DNA of 35,895 nucleotides from an uncultured delta proteobacterium. Lineage in GTDB: Bacteria; Desulfobacterota; Binatia; UBA9968. The notes below the pieces were generated by a model. That model did not search any database and had not been told where the DNA came from. It saw nothing but the letters and a program-made list of their open reading frames with translations. Shown here one piece after another: positions 8,443 through 21,342 of the stretch (the stretch's first letter is position 1; the number at the start of each line of letters is the position of its first letter). A program made the position numbers and the translations under genes. The stretch covers positions 1-35,895 of the forward strand of contig CAVSLC010000008.1 in assembly GCA_963728565.1 (NCBI GenBank), in the 5' to 3' direction.

Positions 8443-9480
8443 ATGCCTACCAGTACGGAGTTTATTCCCTTAGCCGAATACGTACGACGTTTGAAGCCAC
8501 TTCTGCCTGCGGAAGCTTTCGATGCCTGTCCGAGCAAGTTGCTCGTTCCCTTCATTCATTTTCTCCTTCTTACCGGCGCTTATGCCGTTATCCGTTTGAA
8601 CGACCATTGGTTTGTGTGGCTTATGTGTTCTTTCCTGATAGGTCATTGTCTTGCGTGCATTGGCTTTTTCGCACACGAATTAAGCCATAATGCTATTTGT
8701 AAACGTCGCCGAATACGTTATGCATTGGAGATTGTTTGTTGGGGATTAAACCTGGTATCACCTACGATCTGGCGGCGCGTTCACAATCAGACTCATCATC
8801 TCTACAGTAATAACTTTGGAGATCCTGATCGGCAGTTCCTAACATCCGAGGCTTCCCAGGTAAGGCTATGGTATTCGCGAATCTTTTACCCCAATCGGAA
8901 ATCATCTAAGTGGAATTTTGTGGTTCGTTTCCACTTCGTTGCATATATAGTTCGCAACACAATCGCCGCCTACTATCCCGATCGAACTAAGCCGACCTTA
9001 GTTCCAGCAAAGCCTGATTACACGAGGGCGGACCGAATAATTATATCCCTAGAATTAATCACGATCCTTGTTCTTCAAGTCGCAATTTTCCAAGTCGTCA
9101 ATTTCAATTTTTCACGTTTCATTTTCGCATCCCTGATTCCAGTCCTGATAACATCCACTATTGTTATGTCGTATATCTTCACCAATCACTTTCTAAATCC
9201 TCTGAGCAAGACCACCGACGCTCTCGCGAACACCACGTCGGTAATAGTTCATCCAATTTTTGACCGGTTGCATCTCAATTTCTCATATCATACGGAGCAC
9301 CACATATTTCCGGCAATGAACTCAGACTTCTATCCGATATTGAGTAATCTCCTAAAGGACTTTTACGGCGATAGTTATCAGCGCATGCATTTTGCAGCTG
9401 CCTGGAATTGTTTATGGAAGAATCAGATCTACGCATCAGACGATAATCTCCCGATGAGAGTCGATGCGGCCTTTCGTTGA
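8443..9480 (+). CDS. Membrane fatty acid desaturase family protein
   Basis: Three His boxes HELSH, HNQTHH, HTEHH; hydrophobic segments; GGAGGT RBS and a TATAAT at 8408-8413. Confidence 0.9.
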   Translation: MPTSTEFIPLAEYVRRLKPLLPAEAFDACPSKLLVPFIHFLLLTGAYAVIRLNDHWFVWLMCSFLIGHCLACIGFFAHELSHNAICKRRRIRYALEIVCWGLNLVSPTIWRRVHNQTHHLYSNNFGDPDRQFLTSEASQVRLWYSRIFYPNRKSSKWNFVVRFHFVAYIVRNTIAAYYPDRTKPTLVPAKPDYTRADRIIISLELITILVLQVAIFQVVNFNFSRFIFASLIPVLITSTIVMSYIFTNHFLNPLSKTTDALANTTSVIVHPIFDRLHLNFSYHTEHHIFPAMNSDFYPILSNLLKDFYGDSYQRMHFAAAWNCLWKNQIYASDDNLPMRVDAAFR

Positions 9481-9892
9481 CGTTCAGAAGGCTCCGGACT
9501 TTTTGCTCTATAGGAAGATCCTTTTGTTCTGGTCGCAACCGGATTGGCGCTTCTTACAAAGTGATAACTTGTGGATTCGACAAATAACCTCCCTCGCAAT
9601 GGCTATCTTTTACTGTCGCAAGGACAAAATCGCTACGACGATGCCCTTTAGACCGGCGGTAGCGGACGCAATCATTATTCCCATCTTCCGTGAAGCCGAA
9701 GATATATAGCCGACGCCTGCCCTCGTAACAGAAACGATACGATTTCTTGATGATCTATCCACCGAGCCCGACCCGTGCCTCCAGCATAGCCAAGGACAAT
9801 CTCGAGTAAGAAGAGGACGCTATGCGCCAAAGCTTTTGATGCATGTAATCGCTAGCGCAGTTTCTACCGGCGTTCCTCGCGAGGATGAGCTC

Positions 9893-11971
9893 TCAACGCG
9901 TCCTTGCGGGCGTCAAAAAGCGCCTCGGCTTCTCCGGAACAGGCCGGACGTCAGATAATATGTTCTTGAGCTCGGCAAAGTCTAACGGCTTGACAAGATG
10001 ATAATCAAACCCCGCGTCGAGTGAGCGGCGTCGGTCTTCTTCCTGGCCATAACCTGTGACGGCGATCAGGAGAATGTTTTTGCCCCCGGGTTGCTCACGG
10101 ATGCGCCGGGCCGTTTCATGACCGTTCATTTCAGGCAAGCCGATATCCATGAGTATTACATCGGGGCGAAATGTGCGCGCGAGTTCTATTCCTTCAATAC
10201 CGTCGCATGCTGTGGCCAGATCATGCCCCATCAAGCCTAAGGCTATCGCGGTGCTCTGAGCACTGAGCCGATTATCATCCACCACCAGAATGCGGTACTT
10301 AGGCAGCGGCGACGTTTTCTGTCGATCAGCTTCTTCTGCTTGGGATTTCGACAGAGGATCCGTCTTGGCTTGCGGCAGTCGCACTATCAGCTCGCTCCCG
10401 CGCCCGGGCCCACCACTGCGCGCTTCAATCGTTCCACCGTGCATTTCTACCAGGCCTCTGACCAGCGATAGCCCGATGCCCAATCCACCTTGCGACCTGT
10501 CGGAGGCGGTTTCCACCTGCGCAAAGAGCTGAAAGATGCGTGGCAGGTGATCGGCGGAAATCCCAATTCCCCGATCCGTGACACACACAATAACCTCATC
10601 TCCCACCGGCTCACCGGATAACGTGATGTGTCCGCCCCGGTCGCTGTATTTGGCGGCGTTGTTCAGCAGATTTGAGAACACCTGGGCCAACCGGGTTGGA
10701 TCGGCATCCAACAGAATCGGCTTGGGTGGCAGGCGGACACTCAGATGATGACCCTGCTCGTCAATCAGCGGGCGAGTCGTCTCTACCGCGCTCTGAACCA
10801 CCGCCGCCAATTCGACCCGCTCCTTACGAAGCTTTAGCTTACCTGTGGTGATCCGGCTGACATCGAGCAGATCATCCACCAGGCGGACCAGCTGATTTAA
10901 GGCTTGATCCATAATCGAGCGCGCATTCTCGGCTATGGTCCGGTCATTGCCGGCTAGATTGAGGATTTGCAGCCCGTTCCGGATCGGCACCAGCGGGTTA
11001 CGAAGCTCGTGCGCCAAGATCGCCAGGAAATGATCCTTTTTTTGGTCTGCTTCCTTCAGAGCCTTTTCCGCCCGGCGCCGTTGCGTCACATCGTGAAAAA
11101 CCATGACCGCGCCGGAGATTGTACCCGTAGCATCTCTGATCGGAGCAGCACTGTCTTCGATGCTTCTTTCGGTACCGTCTCTGCCGATCAAAGCGGTGTG
11201 GTTGGCCAGCCCGACAACTCTTCCGTCCCGCAAAACTATATCCACCGGATTCTTCGCCGGCTTGCGAGTGTCTTCACTGATGATGCTGAAAACTTTATCC
11301 AGAGGCTGGCCCGATGCCTCGGCGGTTTTCCATCCGGTCATCATTTCGGCCACCGGATTTAGAAACGTGACTTTGCCTTCGGTATCCGTGGTGATCACGG
11401 CATCACCGATGCTGGAGAGCGTGACCTCAAACCACTCGCGCTGTTGCCGCAACTCTTGTTCGGCTCTTTTCCGTTCAGTGATATCGCGGAAGCTCCAGAC
11501 CCGGCCCACATCACGTTCCTCGATGAACTGGATCCTTGAGAATCGCTCAAAAAGTCTTCCATCGGCCAGCTCCAGAAGATCAAACGTCTCCGGCGGCGAG
11601 AATGCATAGATTTCCTGGATCCTGGTAAGGAATTTCTCGGGTTCTTTGAGTTGCCGGCTAGTAATCTCAAGCAGCTGACGGTGATCCTTGGTCTCCATGA
11701 GCTCGGCGCTCACGCGCCACATTGCGCTGTAGTTCTGGTTAAACTCTGTGACCGCGCCGGTTGCGTTGGTCACCAGAATTCCATCGGTTGTAGACTCCAA
11801 CGTGGCGCGCATCATTGCCAGAGATTGCACGAGTTCCGCGGTCTTCCGCTCCAGCGCTTCCTTGGCGTCGATCAGTTCGCGTTCCGCGCGTTGTCGCGCG
11901 CGGTGGATGCTTCTGGCGTTCTTTAGCGCAACTGAGCGCAGCAGCTTCTCTTCGTTATCCTCTACGGCCAT
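9893..11971 (-). CDS. Soluble hybrid sensor histidine kinase (coiled coil-PAS-PAS-HisKA-HATPase-REC)
   Basis: PAS exits WSFRDITERKRAE and VFHDVTQRRRAE, H-box LAHELRNPL, N-box NLLNNAAKY, GLGIGL, REC ILVVDDN...MDIGLP...KP. ATG at 11971 overlaps the upstream TGA (TGATG), GGAG RBS. Confidence 0.93.
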   Translation of the reverse strand: MAVEDNEEKLLRSVALKNARSIHRARQRAERELIDAKEALERKTAELVQSLAMMRATLESTTDGILVTNATGAVTEFNQNYSAMWRVSAELMETKDHRQLLEITSRQLKEPEKFLTRIQEIYAFSPPETFDLLELADGRLFERFSRIQFIEERDVGRVWSFRDITERKRAEQELRQQREWFEVTLSSIGDAVITTDTEGKVTFLNPVAEMMTGWKTAEASGQPLDKVFSIISEDTRKPAKNPVDIVLRDGRVVGLANHTALIGRDGTERSIEDSAAPIRDATGTISGAVMVFHDVTQRRRAEKALKEADQKKDHFLAILAHELRNPLVPIRNGLQILNLAGNDRTIAENARSIMDQALNQLVRLVDDLLDVSRITTGKLKLRKERVELAAVVQSAVETTRPLIDEQGHHLSVRLPPKPILLDADPTRLAQVFSNLLNNAAKYSDRGGHITLSGEPVGDEVIVCVTDRGIGISADHLPRIFQLFAQVETASDRSQGGLGIGLSLVRGLVEMHGGTIEARSGGPGRGSELIVRLPQAKTDPLSKSQAEEADRQKTSPLPKYRILVVDDNRLSAQSTAIALGLMGHDLATACDGIEGIELARTFRPDVILMDIGLPEMNGHETARRIREQPGGKNILLIAVTGYGQEEDRRRSLDAGFDYHLVKPLDFAELKNILSDVRPVPEKPRRFLTPARTR

Positions 11972-13032
11972 CAACGCTCCAGTATCTTCGACGCGAGTGC
12001 CGTGCCGAGCACCCGCGCTCGGATCTTCGCAAAGGCCGTGTCACGGCTGGTGGATGTGTCGTCACTAAAGGGGGAAAAACCACAGTCATCGGTGGTGCCC
12101 AGCTGCTCGATTGGAATATACTGCGCTGCTTCAAGGATCCGGTCGCAAACCTCTTCCGGAGTCTCGATGCGCGGATCTATGGTCCCAATCACGCCGATAA
12201 AAATGCGCTGATCCGGTTTCATGTAATCGCGAATGATCTTCAAAACATGGACGCGGTCCTTCTCGCCCGCTAAGGCGATGTAAAAATTTCCCGCCTGCAG
12301 CTCGAACAGGCTGGGCAGCAGCTCGGCGTAGTCAACGTCGGCGCTGTGAGTCGAGTCGCAGTCCGCGCCAGGGCAGGTATGCACGCCGATGCGCTTACGG
12401 TCCTCTGCGGAGAATCGCGCCAGTGCCAGATTATTTAGATCGATAAAGCTTTGCAGGAGGTTGCCCGAAGGATCGATCTTGATCGCCAGCCGCCCTTCGG
12501 TGAAGTCTATCTGCACCTTGTGCGCGCCCCTTTCCAGGCAGCGGCGAATCTCGCTCTCATGCTCGCGCAGCAGATCACTGATAAACTCCTCTCGCGAATA
12601 ACCGGGGATTCCCTGGTCCGGATACATAAGGCTCAAGGCGGAGCACGAAATGACCGCCTGCTTCACCGGCACTCTTGCGTAACGAGTGGCGACGTCGAGA
12701 TATTGGTCGGCATACCTCTTGTAACGAAAGGGTCCCGATGTGAGTCGGTGCATCCGGCGGGTATGGCCGGTGGCGAAAGGGATCTTGAAGCCATCGGGTG
12801 CGATATTGGCAAGCCCCTGAACGGAGTACGTCCAGAAATTGTGATATTTTCTCTGCTCACCGTCGCTGATTACCGGCGAGCCTGTGGCCTCGAAGCGTTC
12901 GATGGTATCCCGAATTGCCGCTTCATAAAGCGCATCCAACTCCGGGTCTTCGTCGTTGCCTGATGCCGACACCGCCTCAATCAGTCCAAGTGGCCTTGGA
13001 ATACTGCCAATTGGCTCGGTTGGAATCGTCAT
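11971..13032 (-). CDS. Cobalamin-independent methionine synthase II family protein (MetE C-terminal catalytic domain only)
   Basis: Start moved to ATG 13032 (GGGAG RBS). IPTEPIGSIPRP, ISDGEQ, VQIDFTE, Zn motif GVHTCPG and DDCGFS; 353 aa, no N-terminal folate-binding barrel. Confidence 0.85.
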   Translation of the reverse strand: MTIPTEPIGSIPRPLGLIEAVSASGNDEDPELDALYEAAIRDTIERFEATGSPVISDGEQRKYHNFWTYSVQGLANIAPDGFKIPFATGHTRRMHRLTSGPFRYKRYADQYLDVATRYARVPVKQAVISCSALSLMYPDQGIPGYSREEFISDLLREHESEIRRCLERGAHKVQIDFTEGRLAIKIDPSGNLLQSFIDLNNLALARFSAEDRKRIGVHTCPGADCDSTHSADVDYAELLPSLFELQAGNFYIALAGEKDRVHVLKIIRDYMKPDQRIFIGVIGTIDPRIETPEEVCDRILEAAQYIPIEQLGTTDDCGFSPFSDDTSTSRDTAFAKIRARVLGTALASKILER

Positions 13033-13339
13033 GAATGTTACTCCCGTTTCGGTGTCGTCGATCGTGTCTGATATCAGACTAAGGGTTGCCGACGCGATCG
13101 GCATCATATCAACCGGCTTGACGCAATCAACTCTCAAATATCCGCTGACCAAAATGCCGCCACCGGAAACAAGTTACTTGGACTAAGATAAGGTGAGGCA
13201 AGTGCCGGTTTGGTTGTTCAGCATGACCAGAATACATTACGAGTTTACCAGGTACATTAAGGTCGCCGCCGAGGGTATAAAACTCTTAGCCTAACCTTTT
13301 TTGAATCCTTGTTCAGCCGGCGACCAGGACGAGCTCGTC

Positions 13340-17034
<3,695 letters not shown>

Positions 17035-17038
<4 letters not shown>

Positions 17039-18012
17039 TTCTTCGCCTTCCTTGGGGCTGATATCTTCTTTAAGCTTACGCGGGCGACGAAAATTTCGAC
17101 CGGCTGATTACCGTTACGAACCATCTTTTCACCGGCATACGAACCGGTGAGCTCATAATCGACCGCTTCCGCAGCACGAAACAAATCTTCAATGGTTTTG
17201 TGATCAAAGCCAAGCCACCGATGCGCCATCTCCCGGCGCATCCATTCTTGCTTATGTTGCACCAAATCGACCAGCACAATGGATCCACCTGGCCGCACGA
17301 TCCGGCAAAGCTCCGCAGTGGCTTTCTGTGGATCCGCCAGAAAGTGCAGCACCATGACGCAGAAGGCCGCATCCACGCTATGGGTCGGCATCGGCAGCCT
17401 CAACGCATCGCCAAGACGCAGGTCGACGTTCGCTAGTTTTTTTTCCTTGGCCAGTTCACCGGCGCGGCGTAACATCTCCTGCGAGAGATCGACACCGATG
17501 ACTTTTCTCGCAAATCGCGCCAGTTCAAACGTGAGACTGCCGGTGCCGCAGCCGACATCGGCCAACACCAGGTTTCGCGGCAGCAGCTTTTCAATGGCCA
17601 GGGAGGCGACCCGATCATCGAAATAGCTTTTACGAATTCTCTCCCAATCGCCGGCCACAGTTTCGAAATAATCGCGCGAGCGGTTCAACTTCCGGCGGCG
17701 GCAGTTTTCAAGCCGAGCGCGATCGCCTTTGGCTTCCGGCAGATCTTTAATCCGCTCGCGCAATGATTTGAACAGTTCCTGGGCCGGCGCCGGCATATCG
17801 CGGCGCGCTGAGAAATAAACGTTGGTGCCTTCCTTACGGTCCTGGATGAAACCCGCCTCGCGCAGAATCGCCAGATTGCGCGATACGGACGACTGCACTG
17901 AGCCGACGATTTCTTGCACTTCCCCGACGGTCAACTCTTCTTGAGAAACCGCGGCGAGAACGCGCAAGCGCAACGGATCACCCAATGCTTTGATAGTGCG
18001 GACAATATCCAT
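17035..18012 (-). CDS. ArsR-family HTH fused to a class I SAM-methyltransferase-like domain (SahR/SamR-type regulator of methionine/SAM cycle)
   Basis: Start moved to ATG 18012. [12 protein letters not shown]...[15 protein letters not shown] (ArsR), [21 protein letters not shown]; stop overlaps the metH start (ATGA). Confidence 0.88.
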
Positions 18013-18025
18013 ACCGGCAGCTCGG

Positions 18026-18047
18026 CTATATATCGCAATATATAGAT
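18026..18047. promoter_or_regulatory. Palindromic operator upstream of the ArsR-MTase/metH operon
   Basis: CTATATAT-cgca-ATATATAG (18026-18045), overlapping an ATC-N10-GAT (18032-18047), 13 nt before the ATG. Confidence 0.6.
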
Positions 18048-18153
18048 TATTAGATATTTGCGCAAGACGATGGGAATTCTTCAGCCCGCGCAATGCAGAG
18101 CCGATCCACCGCATAGGCGCTCGGTCGGGATTTGGAGAGCGTCAAAATATGGC

Positions 18154-18735
18154 TTATCGAATCTTCTGAGTAAAAATACCGGCGCGAAATGCCGCCGCTC
18201 CGCTGTCGGTGTACTTGCCTTCGCGATAGCAGAGAACTCGGAAGCTACGGAAGTGATCCAACAGTTCGTTGTGATTCAACAAGTAGGCGGGATTTTTCGG
18301 ATGGCCGATCGTCTGTTGATCGATCAGGTAGGTTTCGAAAATGACGTGACCCTGGGGCTTGAGCGCTCTCTGGATCTGAGGAAACAATGAGCGCTGCAGA
18401 TAGTTGAAATTCACAATCAGGTCGTAGGCGGCACTGGGGAATTCAATTTGCTCCAGGTCCGCCTGGTGCCATGTTATCTCAAGCGACTTTTCCTCTGCGC
18501 GCCGACGCCCCTCTTCAAGAGCGATTGTTGAAATGTCGATCCCAACCACCCTAAAGCCCATTTCCGCCAGGAAAATTGCATTACGACCTTTTCCCGCCGC
18601 GACATCCAGAGCTAGTCCGCGGGAGATGTGCCAGGCATCACTCTCGAGAATCTGCCGTAGATAACTCGTCGGCTGATCGGCGCCAACCGATGACGAATGT
18701 TGACGGTCCCATATTGTTTGATCATCAGAAGCCAT
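18154..18735 (-). CDS. Class I SAM-dependent methyltransferase (TehB-like)
   Basis: ALDVAAGKGRNAIFLAEMGFRVVGIDIS, YDLIVNFNYLQRSL, LKPQG; start moved to ATG 18735. Confidence 0.85.
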   Translation of the reverse strand: MASDDQTIWDRQHSSSVGADQPTSYLRQILESDAWHISRGLALDVAAGKGRNAIFLAEMGFRVVGIDISTIALEEGRRRAEEKSLEITWHQADLEQIEFPSAAYDLIVNFNYLQRSLFPQIQRALKPQGHVIFETYLIDQQTIGHPKNPAYLLNHNELLDHFRSFRVLCYREGKYTDSGAAAFRAGIFTQKIR

Positions 18736-18751
18736 AAATAGATTTGAAGCT

Positions 18752-18876
18752 GTCCAGTGGTTCCAAACGTCCCAATGTTTCAAAGGGTCAAGTACCCAAG
18801 GCCAGGAAGCGGATCATTTTTGCTCCTGGTATCCCGGCGACTGGAAACGTCTCGATCCCTGGAACGACTGGAACAG
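18752..18876. repeat. Intergenic element made of two oppositely oriented 9-bp-period degenerate tandem arrays around a central hairpin
   Basis: gtccagtgg/ttccaaacg/tcccaatgt/ttcaaaggg ... ccagga-N16-tcctgg ... ctggaaacg/tctcgatcc/ctggaacga/ctggaacag. Confidence 0.5.
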
Positions 18877-18886
18877 TTTTTCATTA

Positions 18887-19654
18887 TCAATACACTGCGC
18901 GCGCGAGAGTAAGCACAAAAACCGCCCGCGCCCCGCCCTGTTTCAACACACGGCTGCACTCGTTCACCGTGGCGCCTGAAGTATACACGTCATCGACCAG
19001 GAGCAAGCATTTACCCTTCACTGCGGTTTTTCTCGACAGGGCAAACGCGCCGCGCATGTTTTTGCGTCGGTCTTCTTCCGGCAATTGCGTTTGCGGCGGC
19101 GTGTCCAGCTTGCGGAGGAGCGTAAAGCAATCTAGCGGAAGATTGTAGGCGCGACCAATCTGGCGCGCCAGCAACACGGATTGATTGAAGCCGCGCCAGC
19201 GCAGTCGCCTGGGATGCAACGGCACCGGGATAATCGTTTCCGCCTTACATGTTACAAGGAATTCTTTACAGCCGCGCGCCATCAGCCGTCCCAAAGGCTT
19301 GCCCAGAGCGACCTTGCGGCCATACTTGAATTTTTGAATCACTTGCCGGAGCGGATGCTCTGTCGCTTCTTCTCGTGGATAGCAGGCCCAGGAATGGGCC
19401 CGGGCATACTGTGGATTGCGCGCAAGGCAAACTCCGCAGACATGATCATCTCCGCTCGAATCTGGAAATGGCCGGCCACAAATCGTACAGAACGGATGCG
19501 CAACAAGCTGAATTTGCGGCCAACAGGTGGAACAGAAGTATTCGCGGTCACGCCCCTGGATCGACCCGCTGCACGCGCGGCAGCGCGGCGGATAAAGCCA
19601 ATCCACCAGCGACTCCAAGCGCTCGGCAAAAGATGGATGGCATTGAGGTTTCAT
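18887..19654 (-). CDS. comF: ComF family protein (double Zn ribbon + phosphoribosyltransferase fold)
   Basis: CxxC pairs, IPVPLHPRRLRWRGFNQS, LLVDDVYTSGATV. Confidence 0.92.
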   Translation of the reverse strand: MKPQCHPSFAERLESLVDWLYPPRCRACSGSIQGRDREYFCSTCWPQIQLVAHPFCTICGRPFPDSSGDDHVCGVCLARNPQYARAHSWACYPREEATEHPLRQVIQKFKYGRKVALGKPLGRLMARGCKEFLVTCKAETIIPVPLHPRRLRWRGFNQSVLLARQIGRAYNLPLDCFTLLRKLDTPPQTQLPEEDRRKNMRGAFALSRKTAVKGKCLLLVDDVYTSGATVNECSRVLKQGGARAVFVLTLARAVY

Positions 19655-19725
19655 GACCCGCCAATCTTACAAAACGATCTCGCGTTCAGGCAAGACCGTC
19701 GTGAAAGCAGCGGTTAAAATCCCTG

Positions 19726-21270
19726 TTAAGTATCAATGATCAGCGAATGACCGGTCATTTCTAAAGGTTGGGGCAATTCAAGAAGCTGCAACACTGTAGG
19801 CGCTACGTCGATCGCCGTTCCTTCCTTGAGACGGCTTCGCTTGCGTTCCTCATCGACCAGGATAACCGGCACCCGGTTGATCGTGTGGGCGGTGTGCGGC
19901 ATTCCCGTGTCGTAATCGATTAGCTGCTCGATGTTGCCGTGATCTGCGGTGATAACGACTCTCCCCTTCTGGCTCAGCGCCGCATCTACTACTTTACCGA
20001 GGCACTCGTCGATGACCTCGCAGGCTTTTACCGAAGCCTCGAAATTACCGGTGTGTCCGACCATATCGGCATTGGCGAAATTAGCAATCACTAGATTGAT
20101 ATGTTCCTCGGAAAACTTCTTCACCAGAGCATCAGTAACCTGACGGGCACTCATCTCTGGTTTAAACTCATACGTCGGGACATCTTTCGGCGAGGGAATC
20201 AGAATGCGTTGTTCCCCGGGGAATTCTTTTTCTTCGCCGCCATTGAAGAAGTACGTGACGTGGGCGTATTTCTCTGTTTCGGCGATCCGTAACTGCTTGA
20301 GCCCATGCTGGCTGGCAACCTCGCCGAGAATCTTTCGCAATTCCCGGGGTGGATAGGCTACCGGCACCCTGAACGTCTCGTCGTACTGGGTCATGGTTGT
20401 GTACGTAGCGAGTTCCAGACGGCGCGTGCGGGGGAATTCCTTGAAATCAGCATTGATCAGCACCCGGGTGAGCTCACGTGCGCGATCGGCGCGGAAATTG
20501 AAGAAGATGACCCCGTCGCCGTCCCTGATCAGTCCTTCGGGAGCCGCGTTCCGGATCACCGTGGGTAGAACGAACTCATCGGTCACGCCCTCTTTGTAGC
20601 TGTCACGAATAGCTTCCAGCGGTGAATCGGCGAGCTTGCCGGCCCCTTCGGTAAGACAGAGATAAGCCTTTTCTACCCGGTCCCAACGTTTATCCCGGTC
20701 CATCGCGTAATAACGGCCAATGAGGGTGGCGATCTTTACATCCGGCCATGCTTTCACCTTCTCATTCAGATGAAGAATGAACTGCTCGGCGCTGTTGGGC
20801 GGTGTGTCGCGTCCGTCAAGAAACAGATGCAGATACACGGGTGCGACCTTTTCGCGTTGGGCCATCTCGATTAACGCTTCCATATGGCGTTGGTGGCTGT
20901 GAACGCCGCCGTCGCCGAGAAGCCCCATCAGGTGGAGCCGGCCACCTCCGGCTTTGGTCGTTCTCAAGGCATTCAAAATAATCGGATTCCTGCCGAAATT
21001 GCCTTCGTCGATATCCTTGTGAATTAGCGTAAGGTCCTGATAAACGATCCGGCCCGCGCCGAGAATCATGTGACCCACTTCGGAATTGCCCATCTGGCCG
21101 TCGGGCAGCCCCACGTCTAAGCCGGACATTGACAAGCTCGAGGTTGGATAGATGCGTAACAACGAGTCCATGTTGGGCATCGACGCAGCGGCGATTGCGT
21201 TTCCTTCTTTTCTTGGATTGAGGCCAAAGCCGTCGAGCACGACGAGAATAACGGGCTGATTGGTCGCCAC
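19726..21270 (-). CDS. gpmI: 2,3-bisphosphoglycerate-independent phosphoglycerate mutase
   Basis: LDGFG, GQMGNSEVGH, GRYYAMDRD, AETEKYAHVTYFFNGG, DMVGHTG, TADHGN. Confidence 0.97.
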   Translation of the reverse strand: MATNQPVILVVLDGFGLNPRKEGNAIAAASMPNMDSLLRIYPTSSLSMSGLDVGLPDGQMGNSEVGHMILGAGRIVYQDLTLIHKDIDEGNFGRNPIILNALRTTKAGGGRLHLMGLLGDGGVHSHQRHMEALIEMAQREKVAPVYLHLFLDGRDTPPNSAEQFILHLNEKVKAWPDVKIATLIGRYYAMDRDKRWDRVEKAYLCLTEGAGKLADSPLEAIRDSYKEGVTDEFVLPTVIRNAAPEGLIRDGDGVIFFNFRADRARELTRVLINADFKEFPRTRRLELATYTTMTQYDETFRVPVAYPPRELRKILGEVASQHGLKQLRIAETEKYAHVTYFFNGGEEKEFPGEQRILIPSPKDVPTYEFKPEMSARQVTDALVKKFSEEHINLVIANFANADMVGHTGNFEASVKACEVIDECLGKVVDAALSQKGRVVITADHGNIEQLIDYDTGMPHTAHTINRVPVILVDEERKRSRLKEGTAIDVAPTVLQLLELPQPLEMTGHSLIIDT

Positions 21271-21342
21271 GATTGTTTCCTTTCATCTAACCTGCTACTG
21301 CTCGCGATCGCGACTTCCAGGCAGGGGGCGAGCTTGGAAGAG

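Noticed and set aside
8211-8555. 114-aa minus-strand ORF, and small ORFs at 9275-9709
   Set aside because: They overlap the desaturase, have no recognisable motifs and no convincing RBS.
13118-13130. FNR-like box TTGAC-GCA-ATCAA
   Set aside because: Spacer is 3 nt instead of 4.
13033-13339. Cobalamin, SAM or SAH riboswitch upstream of the MetE-like gene
   Set aside because: Conserved cores were not recognised; an Rfam scan would be needed to exclude fully.
18736-18783. Trp-rich leader peptide MKHWDVWNHW suggesting attenuation
   Set aside because: In frame with the methyltransferase, explained by the 9-bp repeat, and no Trp-related gene follows.
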